Positions 52,489-64,000 of a stretch of 64,000 nt of DNA are shown one piece after another. Source of the DNA: Aplysia californica. Lineage: Eukaryota. The translations under genes were made by a program, and so were the position numbers. Below the pieces are notes generated by a model. The model did no database searches, was not told the DNA's origin, and saw nothing but the letters and a program-made list of their open reading frames with translations. Where the stretch lies: assembly GCF_000002075.1 (NCBI RefSeq), contig NW_004797320.1:202985-266984 (forward strand), written 5' to 3'. Position 1 is the first letter of the stretch, and each line of letters begins with the position of its first letter.

Positions 52489-53737
52489 TTAAAGGAAAAG
52501 AAATTCCCATATCATTAATTCAATAAAATACCTTGCTGTAACTAAACCTTCATACAAGCAATCTCGGAATAAAGGTAGCCAGCATTTAGAAAGTTGTGGG
52601 ACTAAATAGCACATTCTACGACAGCCCTATGTTGTGTGCCCATGTGCATTTTTTCCTCGTGATCAACTTCTGACTTTCAACAAGCAGCAGGGCTGCTCAA
52701 AGAATGCTGAGGACACCTCCAAAAAAAGGTGAACCATCTTGTAGTATACAATCTTTGACTAAACCTGTTGTAAGATCAGCAAGGAGCGTATTTGTAGAGG
52801 TCAGAAAAACTGGGCAAGTGAAACTTCACTCTCTTTCTCCCTTTCCTTCGCTTTCAGTATGAGTGTTCCATGTCACTGAGCACACCTAAACACCACCCTA
52901 GGGCCTTTACTGATGTTCAAAAACCAATATATGGACACAAACAACAGTCCTTGAATAATTAACTTGCATTGTCTATTCAACAATAACTGTTACCCTTATA
53001 CTAGGCTAGCCATGTACATATATAATGCAAAAGCAGAGAAAGAGGAAACCCCTCTCTTTTGAAACTTACACAATGATTCTTCGTAAGCTGAAAAGGGACA
53101 CAAAATTATAAAAACATATTTGTCCACAATATGGCATCACTTCTTAAGATTATTAAGATGGATGTCAGCATAAAAAGTTCATGTTTGTTCAACCGATCAA
53201 TTTCCCTTGAACCAAGGCTCAATGTATACTACTTTCAAAAAGGAAAAAGAAAAATATGACTTGCTATTCAACATTCGGTAATAACATGTGTAACCCATAG
53301 TTTATCGTGTATGTGTGCTCTGTGACAGTCAGTCAAAACCCATAAACACAGTGAGTAAGATCATGAAAAAGGCAGACCCTCTGAAATTAACTTCTGTCTA
53401 TGATAGGACCAATATAGAAAAATAAAAGAGAGTGCGTGCAGCTTGAAATTTCTCTCATTCATAATCTTGAATTTAAAAAAAAAAAAACAACTTTTTTTGA
53501 GCAAAGAGAAACACACAGACAAAATAACAATTAATTTATGTGGGAAAAAAGTGGGACAGGCAGACAGACAGAAATAACACTGGGAGAAAAAAGAAGTAGA
53601 ACCTATTGCTGGCGATCTCCAACTACCTACTTTTCTTGTATACTTACATACCACAAACATATTATGGTTTAAAAATTATCTAACTACAGAAAGTATGAAA
53701 TTCAACACAATTTATTTCAACAAAAAAGCGAACATAC

Positions 53738-53845
53738 ATAATTCTCTCCAAAGTGCCGTTGTCCAGCATCATATGCTTCAACAATCATGTCCACACCTTT
53801 TGTTTTTGACACAGCAACAAGTCTCGGTTGAACATACTGAAGTTT
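53738..53845 (-). CDS. PLPBP: PLP homeostasis protein, coding exon 2
   Basis: [36 protein letters not shown], including the PLP-binding Lys (VAVSK) and FGENY; cag / gtatgt. Confidence 0.96.
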
Positions 53846-56273
53846 CTGAAGAAAAAAAAACGTCCAATAATTTCTCTTGTGAGTTTGAATCAAATTTTCA
53901 TGGAAAGGTTCTGTATTCAATAAATCCACTCCTCAAAAATATAATTCAAATCCATCACAAAAATAATACACACATCCCATACATGCATTCTCAGTCTCAT
54001 TTATGTGTGATTTGGTTTTCTGGCATTCTCATTTCACATATTAATAATACTCATAATAACTGTTAAGAAAAAGCTAACCTTGAACATTTAAATACCTACA
54101 ATTATATTTAAAAAATAAATAAATAAATAGCATTTATGCTGCCCAAAAGCGCATTACATTCATAAAAATATCACACTTTAAAAATTAATGGACATGTGTG
54201 TACGCAAAACATAGTTATATGTATATGAATAAAAAATTTCTATGAGGAAATTAATCATCCTGTGACCCTGGCAGTACGTTCACTAAAAATGTAGAATGCA
54301 ATAAAAACTCACTAACGGTCACCATAAAAATTATAACTTGAATGGTTACAGACAGGATAAAACATCCAATAAAACATTCGTTCTCAACAGATAAAATAAC
54401 ATTCTCTGTCTGTTTCTGTGTCTGTCTCTTTTCCCCCCTCCCCCCTTCCACTCTCATTCTCACACACTATTTCTTCAGTCTCACTGTCAGGCAAACATAT
54501 ACATGTAATTTTAAAAATAGCAGTTCATTGTTATGACATGTATGCATTTATTTGTGAATAAGTACAGCTTCAGCTGTTTTGTGAAAATGTGAATAGTAGG
54601 GGTACTCCTTATATAAATGGGAGTTCGTTCCATACATGAGGGGCCAAAGAAGAAAAAGGAACACTCGCTGTATGTTTTGTAATTTTGTTTTGGGGTACTA
54701 AGAATCAATTTGTCATTGGCTGATCTAAGGGCTCCGAGTAGACGATATAATTCTAGGAACTGTTTCAGATAAATAGGTGCTGTATTATCCAGTTATTTAA
54801 AACAGAAAACGGCAGTTTTGTATTTGACCCTTGCTTTTACTGGCAGCCAGTGTAGTTCTTTCAGAATTGGTGTTACGTGCGCTTATTTCATTTGTTTCAT
54901 TATTAACTTTGCTGCTTGATGCAGGGACTTATGGCCAAACATCCTTCTCCTTTTACAAAGTACAGTTGAGTCTTCTTAAACTGAACACACTTAACCTGAA
55001 AACAGCTGTAAACTGAAAGAAAATAAAATACCCAATTTTATACCCAATTTTATTTGTCCTTATTTGAACAACTTCTCTAAACCAAAAACCTGGCAAAAAC
55101 AAGAAAATTTTGCAGTCCCTCAGATTTTGACCAAAGCAGACGCCACTGCACGTTCATTATCCACAGTTGGAAAAAAAGAGAAGAAAAGAGAAAGAGGGGA
55201 GAAAGTGCTTTCACTAAGAAAACCTGTGCATGATTTTGTTTAAGGTGGAGGCACTGTTGCACTACAGCAACCCAACCTTTGAGCTGCGAAAGTCTGGGTC
55301 CAGTCCAGTTTACATGATGATTCTTTACTGAAGGGGACTTCTCCGGTGGCAGCAGATGGCCAGGTCTTCTTTTGAGCTCTGACATGCCCTCCACTTCCCA
55401 CAGTGTGTTGCTGGACCGCGTTTTTAAAGCTGTTGAACCAAGCTAGTGGTCTCCTCTGTCTGTCCACACAGTCTTTACAAGCTGGCTTGAGGTCATCTCT
55501 AATTCACTGAGGGTTTTAGACCTGACGGAAGACCTTACTTGGTTCAGTTGTCCAATCAGTGCAATTGCTTCAGTGGTGACTGCAATCGCATGCAAATGCT
55601 TCAATGAGCCACATGTGAAAGCTGGGTGCCAGGCAAAGACCAAGTTGGATGACAGTTCCTAAAAAAGGACTCCACTTGATCCCTTCCCCAGAGGAGCTAC
55701 CCTTCCCCGTACACCTCAGATATATTTTCACTTCTTACCAAAATTCATTTACTTTTAACTTATCTCTGGCATTTTGCCTACCCACGGTCTTTGCTATTTA
55801 AAATTTCATACTGTATCTCCCCAATACTCATCTTACGATTTTAGTATGATTTACCTCCAATTTGTTCTCTGAACCAGCCACGGACCCAACTTTGCAACAA
55901 AGTATGAAAAGACAAAATTTTGTTTGTAAATGCACAGACCCACTGGGCGGTTCAGAGGGAAAAAAATTCACCTTTGATGAAGAGAAACTCTAATGTTTCA
56001 GTTTTGAAAATATGATTTTACAAAAAAATGACGAGACGGCTGCATTTAATATACCCAGATTGTTCATCCTGAAAGCATTTTCCTCCACCTCCTTCAGTAT
56101 CAAGGAGCAGAATCAACAACATTAAGCTGGGTGCACTTAATGTTGTGTACCAAATCCTCATTGTGGAAAAAAAAATGCTGAAAGCTGTCAAAAAAAATTA
56201 TTCAACTGAATATCTACAACATTTAGACAAATTCTCGTGTACTATGGTGTGCAGTAATAAAAATCAGACTGAC

Positions 56274-56372
56274 CTCTGGTCTTTTCAGGCCTGCAGCAGT
56301 AACTTTCTCTGACACTTGCTTTAACTGGCGCGCTATGGTTGACATTGCAGCAGATGACATCATCCGGAACAT
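56274..56372 (-). CDS. PLPBP: PLP homeostasis protein, coding exon 1
   Basis: MFRMMSSAAMSTIARQLKQVSEKVTAAGLKRPE; donor gtcagt; an acceptor cttcag 10 nt upstream of the ATG implies a non-coding first exon. Confidence 0.85.
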
Positions 56373-56996
56373 ATCAAATGACCTGAAGGACATATGTAAA
56401 GGGAGACATTGCACGAAAAAAACATTTGTAATAAATAAATCCAAGTTAACTAAACAGAATGCTAAATATCCCATGTCTTGAGGACAGAGGCTGTTAACTA
56501 TTTGGGAGAAAATAGACCAAGCAGAAAACACTTTGATGTTCACTATAGACCTAATTATTATTGTTGCAAATGGTTGCTTTGCCACAAGACCTGTTCCCAA
56601 ACCATAAAATGTATGAGTTAATGTATAAGTTTTATTCCCCCCCCCCCCCCCCCCCCCATATCAACACACAACTCAAATAATTTATCTTGTCAAACATGCA
56701 GCATTTTGTGAAGTTGTATGTCATAAATTTTGCACCCTGACATCTTGTCTTAATATTTTACAAGTTTACTGAGCAAAATTTATACATACAACATCACAAA
56801 AACAGAGGGTTTCAAAGCAATTTTTTCGCATAAAAGTAAAATTTGACTAAACTTCGGACTGACATGGTTTGTGATTGTTAGGTGTACTGTCGAGGGACTT
56901 AATTAACAATCTTGAATTGAAAAAAGACTTGGATTCTAGACCCAAAATTGTTGGTGTTGTGGTGGCCACGGGCCTATATATATATCTATTAATCTA

Positions 56997-57487
56997 GGGC
57001 CACCTCTATTCTCACCCGGAGTGAGAATAGCGCAGGCGAGTCTTGTGGCTATTCTCACCCGGTGCGCGTTCACCAAAGTTTGCGTTCACCCTAAACCACA
57101 GAATTCTACACTGTGATAACAGAAAAATTGTAGAATTCTGTGCCGTGAACAAACGTTCCATTACAACTGTAGCCTACTAAAAGCGTACAATTTTGTCTGT
57201 GGGCAGTGGAGAGAGAGAGAGAAAGAGAGAGAGGAGTAGCGCGAGAATTTCCAGGCAAAACAAAATGGCGACCCGCGTAGTTCGGCTCGATTCGAAAAGT
57301 TAAATAGCCGTAGCATCTTTGTAGACAACCAAATTAATTTACTTTTGTGTTTTAACATCATTTTTTAACTTTGTTTTGGTCAATTTGATCGTCCACACCG
57401 ATAGACAGTATTCAGAAAGAGACAGAGAGAGAGAGAAGAGGGGAGGAGTAGATCTTGCGAGAACTTCCGGGCGGGTGAGAATAGCCA
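56997..57487. repeat. Dispersed repeat/MITE (paralog of 21237-21936) in putative PLPBP intron 1
   Basis: High identity to 21237-21735; ends in cgggtgagaatagcc, the inverse of ggctattctcacccg. Confidence 0.85.
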
Positions 57488-57530
57488 CTTTCTTAATCTA
57501 GATCTAGAGTCAAACCGCATCACCGCGCAC

Positions 57531-57620
57531 CTTGTTGGGTGCGCAATCCCCGGTCTCCTGCTTTGTTTTGGATAAGAACAGCGAAAACGAGGTTACTTTA
57601 TGTGAGCATGCGCAATAACA
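57531..57620 (-). promoter_or_regulatory. Putative PLPBP promoter / non-coding first exon
   Basis: CpG-richer patch; candidate donor AAG|gtgcgc at 57530; NRF1-like GCATGCGCA at 57606-57614. Confidence 0.4.
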
Positions 57621-58314
57621 ACTAAATTGCACTTTCGTTTTGGAGGTTCCTGTCTACACACATGATTCTACGGTGTCAGTAAGTTTTGCCCCTTCATATT
57701 GATTGTTTTCGTAATCGGAGTCGGTGAATTACTAAGCGCTTGAGTGGTCGATTATTAGCTCTTCTGGTTAATCTAGCTCTTATGTATCGTAGAATGTACA
57801 CTAAAATCGAGCCCAAACGATCGCAGGCTGCTTCTGAATGCCTGGAACATGCCCGATGGGGTTGCGCACTGAAGCGGACCAAATTTGCCCCGTCCGTTTT
57901 GGTGCGCAATATCGGCTTTTGACATTTGGCATTGACAGTGTGGCTTCTTGTAGCCTTAGCTGTTTCACTTATTTCTTTAGGACCTGCGTTGCGCACTGAA
58001 ACCGACTGTTTTCTTTCCTTTTGGATGCTTTATATTGCCAATGGAAGATGATCAGAATGTATTAATGTCAAAATTAATCAATATATATGGAAATGGGATA
58101 TGGACATGGTTGTCATTTAATCCCCAAAATGACCAATTTCTTCTTTTCACATCTTCTTCTTTTTCTTTTTTGTTCTTTTCCTTTAAGAATACTATTCTTG
58201 GTCTAGTCTAATTCTTGTTTTCTTCTTTCCCCTTCTTGTGTCCACAGCACCTTTTCTTTCTTATCAATTATCAAAACAACACAGTGTAAGGAAATCTCCC
58301 ATAAACCACTGAAT

Positions 58315-59690
58315 ATGGCCCAACCAAATAAAAATTACTCTCAAGAAATAATGGAGGAAGCAGTGAAGCTGGTCCGGTCCAAGAGTATGACACTATATGG
58401 TGCTTCAAAAACGTTTAAAATTCCCCTCTCCACTTTGGGTGACAAGGTGCGGGGGAGAAGGGCCGTCAAGTCTCAAGTTCATAAGCTGCTCACTGACGAG
58501 GAGGAGAGATTGGTCACGTGGATCAAAGTTCATGCCCAGCGGTCAATGGGGCGCACCCACGAAGACGTGCGGCAAAAGGTGAAGGAAATATTAGACCTGT
58601 GAGGAGCGTCAGTAAGGAGAGAAGATGGCCTTCCTGGTAGGGACTGGGTGACCAACTTCAAAAAACGTCACCCAGGACTTAGCCTCCGATCCCCTCAAGC
58701 TCTTGGCAAGGAGCGAGCCCTAGTGCAGGAGAAGGACATTAGGGACTGGTTCTCCGAAATGAAGAAATATCTCGACTCTCGAGACCCAGCCCTCCTCAAA
58801 AGCCCAGATAGAATCTTCAACGCAGATGAGACTGGTTTCGCGTTCGCACCTGTCTCCAGGCGAGTCCTGGCCCCGGTGGGCATGAAGCATGTGTATAACA
58901 TCTGCAATAACACGAAGAATCAGATAACAGTGTTGGCATGTGCATCAGCTGCTGGGGAATACGTGAATCCCCTGCTGGTTTTTCCGAGGAAAAGAATGCC
59001 CTCAGCCAACTTCCTTGCTGGCTTCAAGGACGCGTTCATGTAGCTATCAAGCAATGGATGGGTGAACGTTACTATCTTCCACACCTTCATAAAGGATGTA
59101 TTTATACCATTCATCGCGGAAAAGCCAAAGCCAGTCGTCCTTTTCGTCGATGGACACACAAGTCACAACAGTGACATTGGCACGCTCGAGATGTGTGAGG
59201 AACATGGCATCATACTCTATGGCCTTCTTCCTCATGCCTCTCACATAATTCAGCCTCTAGACCTATCGGTATTCGGTTCCATGAAGGCAAGATGGTCCGT
59301 GGTGGTGAAGCAGCACCTGGAGGAGACAGGGGAGACGCCATCAGCGGCCAATTTTTCGCACCTGTTGAAAAAAGTGTGGGAGCATTGTGCCAGGCCAGAA
59401 GCCAGCCTGAAAGGTTTCAGACGTTCAGGCATCTTTCCTTTTAACCCAGAGAGCCCTCTGACAAGTGGCAAAATGGAGGCCAGTAGGAGTTTCTTCTCCA
59501 GCCCTGAAGGTACCTCAGCAACTCCTGATATCCCTCAACAAACTCCACCAAGAGCCTTGCCACCACCGTCAACAACCCCTTCATTGTCATCAGCATCCAC
59601 TTCAGGACTGCACAAATACTTTTCACTAATGCCACGGGCCTCTCCACCTCCACCAGCAGCGACTCCACCTCCACCAGCAGCGACTCCACC
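58315..59690 (+). pseudogene. pogo/Tigger-like (CENP-B/DDE_1) transposase with two in-frame stops
   Basis: Three ORFs in one frame: psq-type HTH (LYGASKTFKIPLSTLGDKV), second HTH (GRDWVTNFKKRHP), DDE_1 motifs IFNADETGF, VLFVDGHTSH, LPHASHIIQPLDLSVFGSMK. Stops at TGA 58600 and TAG 59041. Possible element ends TA|cggtgt 57671 and acaccg|TA 61006. Confidence 0.9.
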
Positions 59691-61015
59691 NNNNNNNNNN
59701 NNNNNNNNNNNNNNNNNNNNNNNNNNNNNNNNNNNNNNNNNNNNNNNNNNNNNNNNNNNNNNNNNNNNNNNNNNNNNNNNNNNNNNNNNNNNNNNNNNNN
59801 NNNNNNNNNNNNNNNNNNNNNNNNNNNNNNNNNNNNNNNNNNNNNNNNNNNNNNNNNNNNNNNNNNNNNNNNNNNNNNNNNNNNNNNNNNNNNNNNNNNN
59901 NNNNNNNNNNNNNNNNNNNNNNNNNNNNNNNNNNNNNNNNNNNNNNNNNNNNNNNNNNNNNNNNNNNNNNNNNNNNNNNNNNNNNNNNNNNNNNNNNNNN
60001 NNNNNNNNNNNNNNNNNNNNNNNNNNNNNNNNNNNNNNNNNNNNNNNNNNNNNNNNNNNNNNNNNNNNNNNNNNNNNNNNNNNNNNNNNNNNNNNNNNNN
60101 NNNNNNNNNNNNNNNNNNNNNNNNNNNNNNNNNNNNNNNNNNNNNNNNNNNNNNNNNNNNNNNNNNNNNNNNNNNNNNNNNNNNNNNNNNNNNNNNNNNN
60201 NNNNNNNNNNNNNNNNNNNNNNNNNNNNNNNNNNNNNNNNNNNNNNNNNNNNNNNNNNNNNNNNNNNNNNNNNNNNNNNNNNNNNNNNNNNNNNNNNNNN
60301 NNNNNNNNNNNNNNNNNNNNNNNNNNNNNNNNNNNNNNNNNNNNNNNNNNNNNNNNNNNNNNNNNNNNNNNNNNNNNNNNNNNNNNNNNNNNNNNNNNNN
60401 NNNNNNNNNNNNNNNNNNNNNNNNNNNNNNNNNNNNNNNNNNNNNNNNNNNNNNNNNNNNNNNNNNNNNNNNNNNNNNNNNNNNNNNNNNNNNNNNNNNN
60501 NNNNNNNNNNNNNNNNNNNNNNNNNNNNNNNNNNNNNNNNNNNNNNNNNNNNNNNNNNNNNNNNNNNNNNNNNNNNNNNNNNNNNNNNNNNNNNNNNNNN
60601 NNNNNNNNNNNNNNNNNNCATGGAAACTGAGACAATGGGTACTTTTTATTTCATGTAAACAGGAAGCCAGCTGTATTTATGTGAGTTGACTCTATGTTGT
60701 GTATGTCACTGCCTAATATGATAGATATGTGTTTGTGTGTGTGTGGCTTTGATTTAGCATATTGTTTTATGACATTTGTCCTATATTATTACAAAATGTA
60801 TTCACCAAGGTGAAAACTAGTCTGAATTGGTCCATATTTCTTCTTTGTTAATCCACCAAACCGTAAACATGGTACTATTTCGCACTCAACCAGACGATAT
60901 GTTGCACCCAAACAGAAACCTTGCGCACCAAACCAGACACACGGTACCAAACAAACACCACCACAACATAGGAATTTTAAACTGCTGGGTTTTGTATGGT
61001 ACACCGTATAGATCT

Positions 61016-62165
61016 AGAGGAGGTCTTTTTAACTCTTCTGGTGAAAAAATCATGAAGATCCACCAGTAACTTCCGGAGATATCAACAAAAGATCGCTTAT
61101 GGTATATCGCACCCCAGGATCTACTCTAGATCTAGAAATCTAGATCAAGATAAAAGATCTAGACTAGAATCTAGATCTAGATCTAGATTATAGATCTAGT
61201 CTACACAGCTTCAACAAAAATAGATTAGATGAACTATTCTATTTTAGGGGAAAGATAAAATCTGTACAAATAGGCCTTAAATGTNNNNNNNNNNNNNNNN
61301 NNNNNNNNNNNNNNNNNNNNNNNNNNNNNNNNNNNNNNNNNNNNNNNNNNNNNNNNNNNNNNNNNNNNNNNNNNNNNNNNNNNNNNNNNNNNNNNNNNNN
61401 NNNNNNNNNNNNNNNNNNNNNNNNNNNNNNNNNNNNNNNNNNNNNNNNNNNNNNNNNNNNNNNNNNNNNNNNNNNNNNNNNNNNNNNNNNNNNNNNNNNN
61501 NNNNNNNNNNNNNNNNNNNNNNNNNNNNNNNNNNNNNNNNNNNNNNNNNNNNNNNNNNNNNNNNNNNNNNNNNNNNNNNNNNNNNNNNNNNNNNNNNNNN
61601 NNNNNNNNNNNNNNNNNNNNNNNNNNNNNNNNNNNNNNNNNNNNNNNNNNNNNNNNNNNNNNTTCAGATCCAAAGTAATGAAGACATCGAAAAAGTGATA
61701 GCAGAACTAGATTCGGCACTAAAAATCAGATGGAGATGCCAAGTTTCATTCATATGCTCCCATTCATTACTGACTTATGAACTTATGAGTTTTTCCTCAA
61801 AATACATCAAAACATGTCCCACATTTAGGCGATTTTTTCCTATATGAAGGTCCTCCAACATTTTGCAAAGAAAAATCCCAATAACTTTTTTATTTATCAA
61901 AGGATTTTTAATTTTTAAAAACCATAGTTCTTAGAATTTACTCTATTTTCATTTAAGTCCATTTTTAAGCAATTTGGATGAAAATTTAATTTTTCATTGT
62001 CATTGCTATAGAAAAGCTACAACGTATAAGTATAGTATAGAGGCAGAGGAGGTCTTTTTAACTCTTCTGGTGAAAAAATCATGAAGATCCACCAGTAACT
62101 TCCGGAGATATCAACAAAAGATCGCTTATGGTATATCGCACCCCAGGATCTACTCTAGATCTAGA
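61016..62165. repeat. About 120-bp identical direct repeat (61016-61136 and 62045-62165) with CTAGAT-rich tails
   Basis: agaggaggtctttttaactc...ccccaggatctactctagatctaga occurs twice, on either side of a gap. Confidence 0.85.
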
Positions 62166-63424
62166 TTTCTAGATCTAGATCTAGATCTCTAGACTCTAGA
62201 TTTTAAATTTTATGTAACATTTTGACATTGTGTAAGATTGTTGGAGAAATGCTTTTTTTCCACTTAACTTCGTCGTCTATTCTCACTCAGGATTCAATAT
62301 TACACACAAACCTATTGTAACTGATCTGTTGGTGATCAATCACAAGTTTTGCACTGTGTTTTTCATAGATCTAGAGTCTAGATCTAAATCTACCTTCAGT
62401 CAGAATTTGTGTTGGCTGGAGAATCCTTTTATTTTATCTCTCAGTTGAGCAAGCAAGATCTCTGAATCTCTGGCCTAGAGAAAGAGATGAGAGTTGTGTT
62501 CTCTTGAATAGATCTAGAATCTAGTACAAATTATGAACTACATTAAATATTTACGAAAAACGATACGGATGGACGTAATTTATATCACAAAGAAGCGAAA
62601 CTAATTTAATTTTATCAAAGCTACAAAAGTACAATATCATATTTTATTCTAACTTCATTTTGCAAGCATATTTATCATCTCCCTGAGTCTTTTTATTATT
62701 TCAAATTAGTTAATTTACACCTTCTATGTTTGTAGTCCATGACTTTATTGTTTTGATCTGTCACACCACAGCGAGCGAACCGTAGCCTGCATCGTACGAT
62801 AGGCCAGCCGAGGCAAGGCAAGTAGCCTAGCCTAGCGAAGAGAGCTACGGATCCAGGCCCCGTAATCGGCTGTTGTTCACCCCAGGGCTCAAAGTTCTCA
62901 AGGTGATGTACAACACGAAACGTCTTGGTTTGGAGAGTCTCTTCCTCTTTTTGAAAGGAATTCGGATCCATTATTTTTATCTTGTAGATCTATACATCGT
63001 TTACATTGATAGGCCTATGATTATAATGATATTAAAGTTCATTTCTTCATCGTCGGTGAAATCTAGAGTCTACTCTACTCTAGTCTGGAGAGAGGAGGGG
63101 TCTTGTTGTCAATACTTGTCAATAGAGAGTTTTATCTGTATATTAGATTAGTATTTTATGGGGGTATAGTATAGTGAATTTAAAGTCGTAAGTCCACTTA
63201 CACTGCTATAGTATAACTACAGTAGATCTAATAGTTGACGTTGCCCTCTCTTAGTTAGAGTTAGAATTTATTGACAAGAGACCCCATTGAATAACTTGTA
63301 GAGATCTGGGTGGGAGGCACTCAGTTCCCCGACCCAGCCTTGAATTAAAAGTAGAAAGCTACTGTAAAAAATTTATATAAGGCCTGTTATAATGTGTAAG
63401 AACTGCAGGATAATATAATAAGAA

Positions 63425-63985
63425 GGCCGGCTCTATATATTTCTCGGGCCGAACGTTCGGGAAAATAAACTTGAACTTTATTTTTCCAAACGGTTTCCGT
63501 TCTCTAGATTTGTTGATAAAAAGGGAATGGAGTGGCCCGTGTGTGTGTGTGTGAGTGTGCATGTATGTGTGTGTGTGAGTGTATGTGTATGGTGTGAACG
63601 AGGGGCGTGGAGGGATTTGTTTTTTTACATGAAAGATAGTTTTTGCTGGGTGACTAAATAAATGAAAAATAGGTTACTACCAAGGTCGAGCAGTCTTGTT
63701 TTCTCTCGCAGTACCTCTTGAAGGTATTTTCAAATGAAGTATAGTCCGTGAACGTTGCCCCAACCACAACTGAAGTATCTGAATATTCCGACATTTAAAA
63801 ATCTGTAGCTCTAGAAATTGAATTCCATACAAAAAATGCTTCCTCCCAGTCCTCGCCGAATGGCAGAATGAAAGGATGGCGCCTAAATCTCGCAAATAAC
63901 CAAAAAATCTCGAGATCTGAAACCGTTCTGAGAAATAGAGTTCAGCTTTATTTCACAAGCGTTCAGAGAAATAGTCACTTTGTAA
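63425..63985. mobile_element. MITE, same family as 24630-25165
   Basis: Collinear sequence with the same inverted termini. Confidence 0.75.
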
Positions 63986-64000
63986 TAAAAATGGCTAGAT

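Noticed and set aside
55077-55643. Overlapping minus-strand ORFs in a PLPBP intron
   Set aside because: No recognisable motifs, and the PLPBP frame is complete without them.

Overview
AT-rich, repeat-dense animal genomic DNA with many assembly gaps; probably a lophotrochozoan such as a mollusc (inferred from repeat types only). Three spliced host genes can be reconstructed by hand. (1) A two-exon gene on + (1307-1426, 3640-5484; about 654 aa) for an unrecognised secreted protein with a signal peptide, an RKKR furin-type site and two C-terminal Ig-like domains. (2) GOLGA7 on + (4 coding exons, 28675-34422, 134 aa), whose last intron is a canonical U12-type (minor spliceosome) GT-AG intron. (3) PLPBP/PROSC on - (8 coding exons, 56372-45967, 294 aa), convergent with GOLGA7. 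The remainder is largely mobile-element material: an apparently full-length decayed RTE LINE with a 12-bp TSD, tRNA-derived SINEs, a pogo/Tigger-like transposase with two stops just upstream of PLPBP, piggyBac, Harbinger, hAT, Tc1/mariner and Academ-like relics, and several MITE families. The most unusual signal is a family of ultra-short palindromic insertions (CACAGAATTCTACACT-core; 25-46 bp, plus one 16-bp single-arm remnant). Three copies have exact 8-bp target-site duplications, and a paralogous empty site is present in the window. No CRISPR array, rRNA or genuine tRNA gene was seen.
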